Part shown: one piece after another, positions 19,890 to 29,645 of the stretch
How positions within the stretch are numbered: the first letter of the stretch is position 1
Layout of the letters: the number at the start of each line of letters is the position of its first letter
Source: a virus
Lineage: Duplodnaviria; Caudoviricetes
Virus record (IMG/VR): IMGVR_UViG_3300042934_000627
Location: 1-61,218 of that record
Direction: 5' to 3' (one strand)
Length of the DNA stretch: 61,218 nt
Program-made: the position numbers and the translations under genes
The notes under the pieces: generated by a model
Seen by the model: the letters and a program-made list of their open reading frames with translations, nothing else
Database searches by the model: none
What the model was told of the DNA's origin: nothing

Positions 19890-20540
19890 GTGAGTAGAAT
19901 GGAAGAAACGAAAGTTGCAGAAAGTAGAAAACAAATAGACAAGATGCTTCTAGGTAAATTAAATTCTTTAAAAGGCGATTTATTATCTTTAGACCTTAGC
20001 AAAGGAATTAAAGCAGCAGAATGGTTTTCAAATGTAATTCATCTTAATAAAAATCATCAAAAAGAACGCGAAATAAGAAGTGAATTAAGGCAAGAGAATA
20101 ACGCAGATACTGAACAACCATTGAGGGAAAAAATAAAAGAGGTTCAGAAAAAAGACTTTCCATTCGGGTTAAAATTTGGTGATATTATTCATGTTGAATT
20201 CGGAATTGGAATTGGTGACGAACTTAGAGATGGGCATTATGCTGTAATATTATCTCGTAAAGGAGAGATGTTTTTAATTGCCCCACTTACCTCGGAGACA
20301 CTTTATTTTGGAGATAATACGCTTTATTTTGAAGGATTAGGATTACCGAGTACAAAAGGGCCAAATTGCAAAAGTTATGTAAGCTTTTCCCAAATAAGAT
20401 ACATACATAGCCGGCGTATTAAGAAAATCCATAAAATACATAAAAGTTTAAATGGCCGCATACACTTAGATGAGGATAAGGCCCTTCAAATATTAACCAA
20501 TTACAATAAAATTTTAGTTGAAGGTATAGAAATACGTTGA
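19890..20540 (+). CDS. Orphan PemK/MazF-like endoribonuclease
   Basis: GDIIHVEFG.GIGDE...HYAVIL....IAPLTS...SQIRYI..RI pattern of the PemK fold; AT-rich; no adjacent protein antitoxin. Confidence 0.75.
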   Translation: MSRMEETKVAESRKQIDKMLLGKLNSLKGDLLSLDLSKGIKAAEWFSNVIHLNKNHQKEREIRSELRQENNADTEQPLREKIKEVQKKDFPFGLKFGDIIHVEFGIGIGDELRDGHYAVILSRKGEMFLIAPLTSETLYFGDNTLYFEGLGLPSTKGPNCKSYVSFSQIRYIHSRRIKKIHKIHKSLNGRIHLDEDKALQILTNYNKILVEGIEIR

Positions 20541-20570
20541 AATTTCTAATGGTTATTGTATAATAATAAT

Positions 20571-20700
20571 ATAAACAGTGTCTTCTGTTAGTGCTCTAAC
20601 AGTGAGAATGAACTTTAAAGGTAACTAGGAGCATTATGTTGCGACATAGTGCAGTACTTGACAACGACCTCACGTTAACCGCGTGGGGTCTTTAATTTTA
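20571..20700 (+). ncRNA. Putative structured RNA downstream of PemK-like gene (candidate RNA antitoxin)
   Basis: TTGAAA-N16-TATAAT at 20537-20564 overlapping the stop codon; hairpins at 20585-20602 and 20631-20652; terminator hairpin 20666-20690. Confidence 0.55.
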
Positions 20701-20721
20701 CATACTCGCGGACATACGAAT

Positions 20722-20762
20722 AAGGCCCTCGTACTTTTTACAGTGCGGGGGCTTTTTTTGTT
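20722..20762. terminator. Terminator between convergent units
   Basis: gccctcgtac...gtgcgggggc followed by T-tract. Confidence 0.7.
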
Positions 20763-21217
20763 TATCGTATGCCAGCGATTTTATCTCGTAGCTCATCAAG
20801 CAGAGACGGTTGACGTTCCATCGGAAGCGGAAAATCTACGTAATCATTCGTGAACCGCGACAACTTAGATACGTAGCATTTCGGTGGATGCGTTCGAAGG
20901 CATATCGATACTTTTCCGGAAACTTCCGAAATAGGAACGTAATAAATTTCGTTATTTACTCGATTATGAATAGCGATAATATCGACTTCCCCACGATGAT
21001 AACCGTTTGTATCGTTGTTTCCCCGAAGGCTAACCTTTATTTCTCCGTTACTTTCGAATGAACTTTTAACCTGGATAAAATATCTAACGCTAGCTGTCTC
21101 AACGCTTAGATCGTATCTTGGATTGCCTGTTGGCATTATTACATCGAATCCCATTTCCGTTAGCTTATACGCGACAAAATACTCGCTTAATTTACCCTTT
21201 TGGTGTCTATCGTACAT
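20762..21217 (-). CDS. PD-(D/E)XK endonuclease (homing-type family)
   Basis: KG.LSE, RYDL, IQVKS motifs. Confidence 0.75.
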   Translation of the reverse strand: MYDRHQKGKLSEYFVAYKLTEMGFDVIMPTGNPRYDLSVETASVRYFIQVKSSFESNGEIKVSLRGNNDTNGYHRGEVDIIAIHNRVNNEIYYVPISEVSGKVSICLRTHPPKCYVSKLSRFTNDYVDFPLPMERQPSLLDELRDKIAGIR

Positions 21218-21230
21218 GGCATCGTCTCCT

Positions 21231-21266
21231 CACTATATAATACGTATGCCAACGGTAAATTACGCA
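21231..21266 (-). promoter_or_regulatory. Phage-specific promoter motif copy 1
   Basis: TGCGtaatttaccgttggcataCGTATTATATAGTG on minus strand. Confidence 0.75.
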
Positions 21267-21423
21267 GTTTTATCGATTTTATTTTCTACGCTAAACTAAT
21301 ATGTATATGCATTTTATTGACAAATAGTATACCGCGAATTATACTTCGAATATATCGAAGTTAAATTTCGCCAGACACAACGGTACTCTAGCGATAGGGT
21401 TACGTGTTATTTATAAACGGAAT

Positions 21424-21474
21424 ACTCAAAATCGTGTTCCTTCGGGAGTGTCGGTTCGACCCCGACCACCGGTA
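21424..21474 (+). mobile_element. attP core: 3' half of tRNA-Leu(CAA)
   Basis: actcaaaatcgtgttccttcgggagtgtcggttcgaccccgaccaccggta: anticodon loop CAA, variable arm, T-arm and 3' acceptor strand, no 5' half; integrase adjacent. Confidence 0.9.
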
Positions 21475-21503
21475 TTAAATTTCACGTTAAATTACCGTGA
21501 CAC

Positions 21504-21536
21504 AGCGGACTCTACTTCGGTAGGGTCCGCTTTTTT
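21504..21536 (+). terminator. Terminator after attP core
   Basis: gcggactctac-ttcg-gtagggtccgc followed by T-tract. Confidence 0.8.
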
Positions 21537-21614
21537 CGTTTGTGCGGAACACTATATTACCACGATAATAGTGCGCCATGTATCTTACGCACACTCAAAG
21601 GAGGAACAAGTAGA

Positions 21615-22586
21615 TTGCGTAGGAAAAACGAATTGAATACGGACGAGCTTTCGAAAATTAATGGATTAATTACGGCGGAATCGTTTACGCTCGATGAATT
21701 AGTCGATCTGTTCATAAATGATTGCCGTGTAAAGGATCTTCGACAAGCTACTGAAAAGTACTACCGTAACGAAATCCATGCGTATGCAAAGTTTTTACGC
21801 GAACAGGGAGTTGATCCACACCCCGCAAACGTTACGCCAGGGCAAATTAAAGAGAACTTAATTATTTACTCGGAAGATGTTAAGAAGCTAAAGCCAGTCA
21901 CCATTAATTCGAGATTACGTGCGCTTAAAGCATTTTTCAATTTTTTGAAAGATAACAAGTATATCCGTGATAGCCCGATGGAAAAGATTGTGCAACTGAA
22001 GCATCGTAAGGAAATCATACAAACGTTTAGCAAACGACAAATAAAAGATATGTTCAATAAGCCAAATCTTCGAACATTTACTGGAGTACGAGATTTAACG
22101 ATTATGATGCTAATGCTGGAAATCGGTGTTCGCGTTAACGAGCTGATTAATATCGATGTATACGATATTAAACTAGATGACGCTATGGTACACGTGAGGA
22201 AAACGAAAGGGTATAACGAGCGCATGTTGCCGATTCAATCGGATATGCGCGAACAGCTTAAAAAGTACTTGCGAATTCGGGAAGACTCGGGTACAGACGC
22301 TCTTTTCATCACAATCGATGGGACACGAATATCTAAGCGTCAAGTACAGAATCGAATCAAGATATACGGAAATGAATGTCAGATTAAAGGCGTAAGGTGC
22401 TCGCCTCACACATTCCGGCACACATTCGCGAAGATGAGTGTGCAAAACGGGGCTGGCATCTTTGACCTGCAATATATGCTCGGTCATACTTCGATGGAAA
22501 TGGTGCGCGTGTATGTAAATATGTTTGGTAGCGACGTACGTGAAAAACACCGTGAGTTCTCGCCATTACGAAACTTACGTAGATAA
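21615..22586 (+). CDS. int: Tyrosine integrase
   Basis: G.RVNEL, KTKG, HTFRHTFA, LGH, VY catalytic residues; SD aaggagga then TTG 21615. Confidence 0.95.
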   Translation: MRRKNELNTDELSKINGLITAESFTLDELVDLFINDCRVKDLRQATEKYYRNEIHAYAKFLREQGVDPHPANVTPGQIKENLIIYSEDVKKLKPVTINSRLRALKAFFNFLKDNKYIRDSPMEKIVQLKHRKEIIQTFSKRQIKDMFNKPNLRTFTGVRDLTIMMLMLEIGVRVNELINIDVYDIKLDDAMVHVRKTKGYNERMLPIQSDMREQLKKYLRIREDSGTDALFITIDGTRISKRQVQNRIKIYGNECQIKGVRCSPHTFRHTFAKMSVQNGAGIFDLQYMLGHTSMEMVRVYVNMFGSDVREKHREFSPLRNLRR

Positions 22587-22705
22587 AAAAATAAAAGCCA
22601 CCGGTACTGGAATACCGGCAGCCATTCGTGAGTAAACACGAGTTATACACCATCTATATTATACCTCGTTTACTCATTCGTGGCAAGGCGGAGAGGATTT
22701 TTATC

Positions 22706-23521
22706 ATGCCTTATTACGATGAATATACACAGTATCAGTCGTTCGCGTCAATCGATGAATTGAACGACACTTCATATGCTTACCTCGATCAATTTTCCGA
22801 TCAACTTACGAACTCCACAATCGATATTTTCAAACGAATCACGCGCTACTCATGCGTTGTTATTGGCGTTAGCTGGCTTAAAGTACGTACGCTTGCGTCA
22901 ATACTCGATAAGTCCGAAAAGACCGTTAGGCGCGCCCTCAAGCAGCTAGAAACGTTACATATTATTAAACGAGTGCCTACGATACGCCCGCAAGGTGGAC
23001 GCGGATATGATATCGTAGTCATCCAGCCACAAGCCGATGCAGCATCGATGTCCACGCGTGACCAGTCGAAAATTCCGCATGACATTGCCCCTAATAAGCC
23101 CTTAGAAACTTTAGAAACTACTAAATTAAATAATCTATTAAATAAACGTAATAATCGCGAGAATGCTACTGAATTAGATCATACATTCGTTAACGAACGA
23201 GTTCCGGAAGTATTCATAAAAGCAGTAAAGCCGTTTTTTGATAATGCACGTGTGATCGAATCATTTTGGTACCGATCAAATATCGCCGCGTGGAAGAACA
23301 CGGTCGATGATGAAGATGAAACGAAGTTGAATATCGCGTTATCCTCTTTCCGTCAAACTATTCGCGGGCTAAAATTCGGCCGTGTACGTGATAAATTTGC
23401 ATATTTCTATCGTATTGCTTATCGAAAATTTAATGCCGAGTATGAACGTGAACTTGATGAAATAGTTGAGCACGAAGGATTAACGTTCAACTTCGACAAC
23501 TTACCGGCGTGGATAAAATAA
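22706..23521 (+). CDS. HTH-domain (replication/regulatory) protein
   Basis: TLASILDKSEKTVRRALKQLE winged HTH. Confidence 0.7.
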   Translation: MPYYDEYTQYQSFASIDELNDTSYAYLDQFSDQLTNSTIDIFKRITRYSCVVIGVSWLKVRTLASILDKSEKTVRRALKQLETLHIIKRVPTIRPQGGRGYDIVVIQPQADAASMSTRDQSKIPHDIAPNKPLETLETTKLNNLLNKRNNRENATELDHTFVNERVPEVFIKAVKPFFDNARVIESFWYRSNIAAWKNTVDDEDETKLNIALSSFRQTIRGLKFGRVRDKFAYFYRIAYRKFNAEYERELDEIVEHEGLTFNFDNLPAWIK

Positions 23522-23539
23522 AAAAAGTTATCGAAAATG

Positions 23540-23575
23540 TGCGTGGAATCGATTTGGCATTCGTATAAGATAGTG
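23540..23575 (+). promoter_or_regulatory. Phage-specific promoter motif copy 2
   Basis: TGCGtggaatcgatttggcattCGTATAAGATAGTG. Confidence 0.7.
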
Positions 23576-23604
23576 TAGGTTATTTTATACGGGTAGGTGA
23601 TCGA

Positions 23605-24291
23605 ATGGAGTTGCCGTATGTATTAATTGATACGGATATTATTGCATTAGGTTTAGTTGGAGATATGGGTCCAAAACGATGGGCGACGCTAAGTACAATC
23701 GCATCTTTTATGGATGAAAATGGGGTCGCGATCGTAACTCATGAAGAGATAGCAAAAGCAATGGGAATAACAGTAAGTTCAGCTGGACGGTGGGTAAGGT
23801 CACTCGCTAGATATAGGTGGAATGGAAAACCAATTGTAAATGTTAAAAAGGTTAGAAGCCCAAGCAATGCAATTTGGTTGTGGACTGAGTATAGTATCCT
23901 TCTTGATGGGCGTATGGCTATTAAGAATTATCGTGAAAATAATGAAACACGCCATGTAATGCACCAAAGTAAGTGCGGGCTTGTATATTTTATTCGCGAA
24001 CATATGATGGGCACTGTAAAAATTGGGATAACAACTAATCTTAAAGGTAGAAGTAGGCAGTTCGGGGTTCAACTACCATTTGATTGGGACTATATAAAGA
24101 TCGTCAAGTCAAATAACTATATCGACCTAGAACAAATTCTACATCAAAATTTACTTGATCATCATGTACATGGTGAGTGGTTTAAACTTACTGATGAAGA
24201 AATTGATGATGCACTTAGTGATAGCGGAATTGACTATTATGACGTGACAAGTGAAGAGTTGCAGCGTATAGGTGTGGTGCAAAATGTCTGA
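23605..24291 (+). CDS. HTH + GIY-YIG (T5orf172-like) protein
   Basis: N-terminal HTH; GLVYFI..VKIG.T...R...EWF motif. Confidence 0.75.
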   Translation: MELPYVLIDTDIIALGLVGDMGPKRWATLSTIASFMDENGVAIVTHEEIAKAMGITVSSAGRWVRSLARYRWNGKPIVNVKKVRSPSNAIWLWTEYSILLDGRMAIKNYRENNETRHVMHQSKCGLVYFIREHMMGTVKIGITTNLKGRSRQFGVQLPFDWDYIKIVKSNNYIDLEQILHQNLLDHHVHGEWFKLTDEEIDDALSDSGIDYYDVTSEELQRIGVVQNV

Positions 24292-24736
24292 CGTATATAT
24301 CCGTGCAGGTACGGAGCGCGATAAGGGGTATACGATGGTGTACCATGAGCTATGGGACAAGTATCACCCATATATAGGGGACAAAGCAACGTTGTACTAT
24401 CTTTTCTTACTCCGTTATCGAGACAATAAGAATGAGTCATACAACTATGGTAAGTCGTGGCGCGGAAGAAAGGGAGTAATTGAGCGGTTCCAGCTTAGTT
24501 ATTCAACTCTACCTTTACTAGATAAGTTACTAAGTTATGTAGAATTGGTTGATATTGAGACGCGTCCATCCCATAACGGTGCAGATAAAATATTCTACAC
24601 AGTAAATGACCCACTTCCCAGCGATATTTTCGAGGGTAAAGAATCATTATTTTCTGAAAGGATAAAGATATTCATTCGTGAGAAGCCGGATGTTAAGTCG
24701 TTAGTAGGAAAGGAGAAACGTGAGTATCTACGCTAG
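24284..24736 (+). CDS. Replication-initiator-like winged-helix protein (module A)
   Basis: YTMVYHELWDKY.PYIG..A..YY.FLLRY pattern; followed by repeats. Confidence 0.55.
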   Translation: MSDVYIRAGTERDKGYTMVYHELWDKYHPYIGDKATLYYLFLLRYRDNKNESYNYGKSWRGRKGVIERFQLSYSTLPLLDKLLSYVELVDIETRPSHNGADKIFYTVNDPLPSDIFEGKESLFSERIKIFIREKPDVKSLVGKEKREYLR

Positions 24737-24956
24737 AGTAGAAACACCGCTACGCATCTGTAGATACCTGCTACAGATCTGTAGATGAAAAAGAATATAT
24801 TTAAAAAGAATTTGTATTAAAAAGAATAAGTACATTGCAGCACTCACTATCGTTCGTACTGCTACGCTATTATTACCATACATTAGTTCGCGTAGATCTT
24901 TAAAAGAACTTTGTGGAACAAAGAAAAGAAAAGTTTCGCTAAAAGAAAAGAAAGAA
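24728..24956. repeat. Origin-like element A: 3 CTAC...GTAG repeats, 3 AAAAAGAAT repeats, conserved core
   Basis: Repeats start 24728/24750/24771 and 24788/24803/24819; core shared with 57777-57900. Confidence 0.75.
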
Positions 24957-24967
24957 GGTTGAGCACG

Positions 24968-25450
24968 ATGACCACACCGAATCACTCCGAAATTATCGCG
25001 AAAATAGGCGTCATTGAAACGAATCACTGTCAGTATTGCGAAAAGTGGGCGAATCAAGCGTATAATCACGAAGCTGCCGATGTTTGTACCGGTTGCCCGT
25101 ATTATGCAAAGATCCGTGAGCTTGGCGATCAGCTCGATATTAACGTTAGCAAGCGGAATATGGATCCGCTCGATATGACGATTGACGAGTTTAATGCGTA
25201 TCGATCGCGTGGGCTTCGATTGATCGACATTGCCGAGGAAAAGGGCGTAAATGTCGGTAAGATTAAAACTTGGCAACGGAGAAACGGTCTATCTATACGA
25301 AGCCATAAAGTCCTGATAAACTACGATGATTACTGTAAATACCGCGCCGAAGGGTTATCGTTGAATGGCGTTGCCAAGCGACTACACTGCGACCCACGAA
25401 CGATTAAGTCGTGGCTAGCGGAAGTGGAAAAGGAGGTTGTAACCGTATGA
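24968..25450 (+). CDS. Zn-finger + tandem HTH protein
   Basis: CQYC...CTGC and two HTH-like segments. Confidence 0.6.
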   Translation: MTTPNHSEIIAKIGVIETNHCQYCEKWANQAYNHEAADVCTGCPYYAKIRELGDQLDINVSKRNMDPLDMTIDEFNAYRSRGLRLIDIAEEKGVNVGKIKTWQRRNGLSIRSHKVLINYDDYCKYRAEGLSLNGVAKRLHCDPRTIKSWLAEVEKEVVTV

Positions 25451-25749
25451 TCGATATCCCTATTTTAGACGGAAAGTATCGTATTACGAGCGACCCATTA
25501 ACGTACGTCATAAGTGAGCGTCGCGTAATCGACCCAACGAAGTCACCGAATTGGGCGAAAATGAAAGCCGAAGGTAAGTCGCCAGCACCACGAATTGAAT
25601 ACCGTGAATTATCGTATCCGAGCACGATGGAGTATGCGTTGCAGTACATCATTGATCGCGAGGTTAAATCGTCAAATGTTCGGTCGCTTGACGAATACAT
25701 TGCGGAGATAAAACGACTACGTACAGCCGTGATATTACCGGTGAAATAG
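25447..25749 (+). CDS. Hypothetical phage protein
   Basis: Translationally coupled ORF with SD. Confidence 0.6.
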   Translation: MIDIPILDGKYRITSDPLTYVISERRVIDPTKSPNWAKMKAEGKSPAPRIEYRELSYPSTMEYALQYIIDREVKSSNVRSLDEYIAEIKRLRTAVILPVK

Positions 25750-25839
25750 TGCTATAACGTATTCGACGATAGATTGTAAGGGTACGAAAAATAAACGCCA
25801 TACGCAAGCGATAGACAGCGCAAAACACGAGGAGGAACG

Positions 25840-26211
25840 ATGATGAATGAAAGTAATTCGAAGGATGTTTACGAGCTTAAACATTGCGTAAGGGAAGAAA
25901 TTTTAGAACGAATTAATGACGAATGCTTTAAGCGCTCTCCATACATTTCTTTTTACCATGCTATCGGATTATTAAACAGGCCTGACGATGCTCAACTTGG
26001 TCGCGAAGGGTATATCGATTTACTCGACGCAGCACTGAGCGGAAAACGCGTAGTCAATCCGAAAACTGATCGTGAGCGACTCGAAGAAATTCGTGATAAG
26101 TACCCGTTTGACTTCGATCCTGCATTAGCAACTACATCCATCGATGTTCGCGACTTAAAATTTTTATTTCGCCTAGCTCACGAGCATGTTACCGGCGGTG
26201 ATCACGAATGA
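25840..26211 (+). CDS. Hypothetical phage protein
   Basis: SD gaggagg; shares VVNP.T/IVNP.S segment with 30724-31107. Confidence 0.6.
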   Translation: MMNESNSKDVYELKHCVREEILERINDECFKRSPYISFYHAIGLLNRPDDAQLGREGYIDLLDAALSGKRVVNPKTDRERLEEIRDKYPFDFDPALATTSIDVRDLKFLFRLAHEHVTGGDHE

Positions 26212-26700
26212 CTATCGATCATTTCGCGGTAAATAAGTTACTAAATAGCGAATCGAAATCGGCGCAACAACTCGGCTGGCTACTTTATAACCGTAAGGAT
26301 GGCGCAACCCTTAGCGAGCTTGACGAAATGGCTGTGCTAATGGCGAGAGTGGTTGACGAGGTTACGATGGATAGTCTCGAATTTAGGAGGGATTGACGTT
26401 TGGGTAAAGTTACGTATGCAATTATCGTAATATTAGCATTCTTGGTCGGTATGCTAACTGGGATAGGCATTACGATTACAGCGGTTGCGCAGGCGGTGAG
26501 TACTTTATGAATGATCGTAAACTACGCGAACTAGAACTTGATGCGAAAACTGCGGGCGATAACGTGGACAAGTTGCAACGTATTGCTCGCGTAGATGTGC
26601 CGGTGCTGATTGCGGAGATTAGGCGATTACAGGATGAAAATAATCGATATCAATGTCATTTAAATCCTGACTATTGGTACGAAATGATTCGAGGTAATGC

Positions 26701-27084
26701 ATGATGGAACGATTAACCGAAGAACGGCTTATGGAAATCGAAGCACGTTGCGATAATGCTACGAAAGGGCCGTGGCATACTGTACCTAGACGCGATAATG
26801 CCGGTTCACTCATATATGATTCGATTGCTGATAGTGAACACGTTGCAGTAGCAGATATATGGTCGCACAGGGGTGAGAATGACGCCGAGTTCATCGCCCA
26901 TGCCCGCGAGGACATTCCACGATTATTGAAGGATTTACGCGAACTATACGATTGGTGGATATCGGCAAATAATCGATGCGGTACATTACAGGCTATTATC
27001 GCGGAAATTGATCCGAAGATGATTGACGAAGCTATCCGAAAGTGTAACGAAAAGAGGGAACGAAATGAAACTAGCATCTCATGA
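26701..27084 (+). CDS. Hypothetical phage protein (AT.GPW...DAEFIA.AR family)
   Basis: Recurrent early phage motif ATKGPW, DAEFIAHAREDIPRL. Confidence 0.65.
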   Translation: MMERLTEERLMEIEARCDNATKGPWHTVPRRDNAGSLIYDSIADSEHVAVADIWSHRGENDAEFIAHAREDIPRLLKDLRELYDWWISANNRCGTLQAIIAEIDPKMIDEAIRKCNEKRERNETSIS

Positions 27085-27334
27085 GTTAAAAATTTTACCG
27101 GAATATTTCAAGGCTGTTGTCGCGGGTACAAAGAAATTTGAAATACGCAATAATGATCGTGATTACCACGAGGGTGATCTCGTTGTACTTCGCGAATGGG
27201 GACCGGATTTCGGATACACAGGATACGTTATTACGAAAAAAATTGGATTCATCACGAATTACGCGCAGACTGATGATTACGTCGTATTCTCGTTGTTGGA
27301 TCCGTCGGAAGGTGATTACCTTGTCGCGGAATAG
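27065..27334 (+). CDS. ASCH/PUA-like (DUF3850) protein
   Basis: HELKILPEYF.AV..G.K.FEIR.NDRDY..GD. Confidence 0.85.
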   Translation: MKLASHELKILPEYFKAVVAGTKKFEIRNNDRDYHEGDLVVLREWGPDFGYTGYVITKKIGFITNYAQTDDYVVFSLLDPSEGDYLVAE

Positions 27335-27722
27335 CCCAGGCGTAGATTACGAGTCGATTCCGATCACCGAATGGAACGTTTCACATTTTCACGCATGGCT
27401 GATTGCGGAAACGAAAGCACGATTCAGTGTCGACTATGCGCCATTCGGTCGCGGAACGTTAGCTTCACGTTGGCTTGCCGAAAAAGGGATGTTGAAGCAG
27501 GCGTGCGCGACGTATGGCAACGAAGTCATGCGCCGGTTCATCGAACGATGTCTCGAAAGCTACCGGCCAACACCGCAATACCCAGCGGTCAATTTCGGCT
27601 TCATATGGAGTTATCGCCGCGACGAATTGCAAAGGGTGCAGGCAGACGTACTACGAACGAAGTATGACGATAGAAAGACGCAGATTGTCGATGACGACGT
27701 GGATTTGAGCGAATTTATTTAA
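27321..27722 (+). CDS. Hypothetical protein (replication module)
   Basis: ORF with SD, upstream of loader ATPase. Confidence 0.55.
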   Translation: MSRNSPGVDYESIPITEWNVSHFHAWLIAETKARFSVDYAPFGRGTLASRWLAEKGMLKQACATYGNEVMRRFIERCLESYRPTPQYPAVNFGFIWSYRRDELQRVQADVLRTKYDDRKTQIVDDDVDLSEFI

Positions 27723-27736
27723 CGGGAGGAATAACG

Positions 27737-28090
27737 ATGAGTTGGAAATTATTTCGCAAGTCTAGTGCACGTAATGAAGATTATCATGCAGTTAATGCAT
27801 GGTTTGGTGATGTGATAATTGCGGAAACAGTTGACACAACGTTACCAAAAGAAAAGGTTTATGTTGTTGTTGGAGATGGAATTGGTCATTCATATTTACT
27901 GCAAATATCAGATACAACCCCAATGTTAGCTGTTCAAAATGTAAAGGATCTTTTCGTTTTCGACTATCATCTTAACGCGACAATTAGATTATGTAATGAG
28001 ACGATAGGAATTAAAAAAGTAATTAGAGACGGCCAATATAGTATGTTGTCATTTACACCAGATAAAACAAATAAATTTGATATTGTTTGA
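27737..28090 (+). CDS. Hypothetical protein, AT-rich
   Basis: Strong SD gggagga. Confidence 0.6.
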   Translation: MSWKLFRKSSARNEDYHAVNAWFGDVIIAETVDTTLPKEKVYVVVGDGIGHSYLLQISDTTPMLAVQNVKDLFVFDYHLNATIRLCNETIGIKKVIRDGQYSMLSFTPDKTNKFDIV

Positions 28091-28299
28091 AGGAGGAATC
28101 TAATTGGATAATTTAAGAGTACGTATTACGTTTAAATCGGGCAATACGAATATTATTCTTTCAAAAACGCATTACCGCGGGCAGTTTGCAGACTGGTTTA
28201 AAGCTAATTTCTTGAAAAATGAGTTCGCAACTTACAACTGGGTAACGTGGGATAACATATTTATCAATGTCAATGAGGTTGAAAAGGTCGAGGAAATAT

Positions 28300-29049
28300 A
28301 TGAGTAATTACGCTAACTCACCGCTCCTACGTTTCACCAACGTCACCACGCCGCCAGCCACTGGCAGCCCACTCGCCGCTGCGTGTGACGCGTTCAGCGC
28401 CCGTCTAAGCTCCGCAAACATTCCGGTAGACTATTTATCCGCACCGATGATTGACGTGCCTATACGGATCACTGCGAAGGTTAACAGACGTGTGCGAAGT
28501 AACGCCGCTGGGCTGGCCGAATGGCTGCCGAAGTATGAGCGTTCATTCAGCGAGAGCGACGCACCAAAATCGTTGTATCTGTTCAGTCGCGGCAAAGGCG
28601 TAGGTAAGACAGCAACAGCCTGCCGATTGCTGATCGACTACATGGCGACACAATTCGTAGCTGCGTTGAAGGAAGGACGTACGCCACCGCAGAGGATCGG
28701 CTATTTCGTCGATGTTAACGATTTTCAGTTACGGTACAATGTCGCGGCAATGTCACATGATGAGGACGGATTGCAGGCAGTGGCTACTGATATGAATAGA
28801 GCACAACACGCAGGATTAACGATACTTGACGATCTAGCTACGCGATCAGCCAGCGACGCATTCCGGCAACTTGTACATGCTACCGTTAATTATCGGGTGG
28901 TTAACGGATTGCCCACGATATACACGTCGAATGTACCGATTGACGAGCTAGCGAACGTATTTGATGAACGTTTGGAAGATCGCGTAAGAGAACGATGCTT
29001 TGAGATTACGTTCATGACGCATGAAAGTAAACGAGGAATTAGATCTTAA
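28300..29049 (+). CDS. DnaC/IstB-like helicase loader ATPase
   Basis: Walker A GVGKT, Walker B ILDDL, PTIYTSN, RL.DR. Confidence 0.85.
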   Translation: MSNYANSPLLRFTNVTTPPATGSPLAAACDAFSARLSSANIPVDYLSAPMIDVPIRITAKVNRRVRSNAAGLAEWLPKYERSFSESDAPKSLYLFSRGKGVGKTATACRLLIDYMATQFVAALKEGRTPPQRIGYFVDVNDFQLRYNVAAMSHDEDGLQAVATDMNRAQHAGLTILDDLATRSASDAFRQLVHATVNYRVVNGLPTIYTSNVPIDELANVFDERLEDRVRERCFEITFMTHESKRGIRS

Positions 29050-29065
29050 TTTTAGAAAGAATGAG

Positions 29066-29608
29066 ATGAACATTAAAAATGGGTACGAAATTAGTGGTGA
29101 TATAACAGCGGTATTTATTGAATCTCCAAAATACGGGCATTTTGAAGTACTGATTGATACCGATGACTTATGTAAGATATCGAAATATAATGCGTGGTTT
29201 GTATTTTATAGTAGAAATTCACAGGGGTTTTATGCTCAAGCACACTATAAATTAAACGGAAAAATAAAGTCAATACAGATGCACCGTTTAATAATGAACC
29301 CTGAGTATGGTGAATTAGTCGACCACATAAATCATGATACATTAGATAACAAGAAGAAAAATCTAAGGATTGTAACTAACGCTGAAAATATGCAAAATAG
29401 GCTTGGATCAAATAGAAATAACAAGTCAAGCAACTATCGTGGCGTATCCTGGAATAAAAGGGCTCAGAAATGGGAGGCATATACAATGTTAAATACTAAG
29501 AGAAAATACCTCGGGCTATTTAATAATGAACTTGACGCAGCACGTGCAACTTCCGAAGCAAGACGTAAATTAATGCCCTACTCAGAAATGGATAAAATGT
29601 ACGGATAA
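29066..29608 (+). CDS. HNH homing endonuclease with AP2 domain
   Basis: MHRLIM, VDHINHDTLDN.K.NLR, YRGVSW...YLG.F. Confidence 0.9.
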   Translation: MNIKNGYEISGDITAVFIESPKYGHFEVLIDTDDLCKISKYNAWFVFYSRNSQGFYAQAHYKLNGKIKSIQMHRLIMNPEYGELVDHINHDTLDNKKKNLRIVTNAENMQNRLGSNRNNKSSNYRGVSWNKRAQKWEAYTMLNTKRKYLGLFNNELDAARATSEARRKLMPYSEMDKMYG

Positions 29609-29645
29609 TAAGTATATCTGTTGACTATATCATGGGAGGTCGCAT

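Noticed and set aside
21424-21474. Functional tRNA-Leu gene
   Set aside because: The 5' half (acceptor 5' strand and D-arm) is missing; explained as attP core
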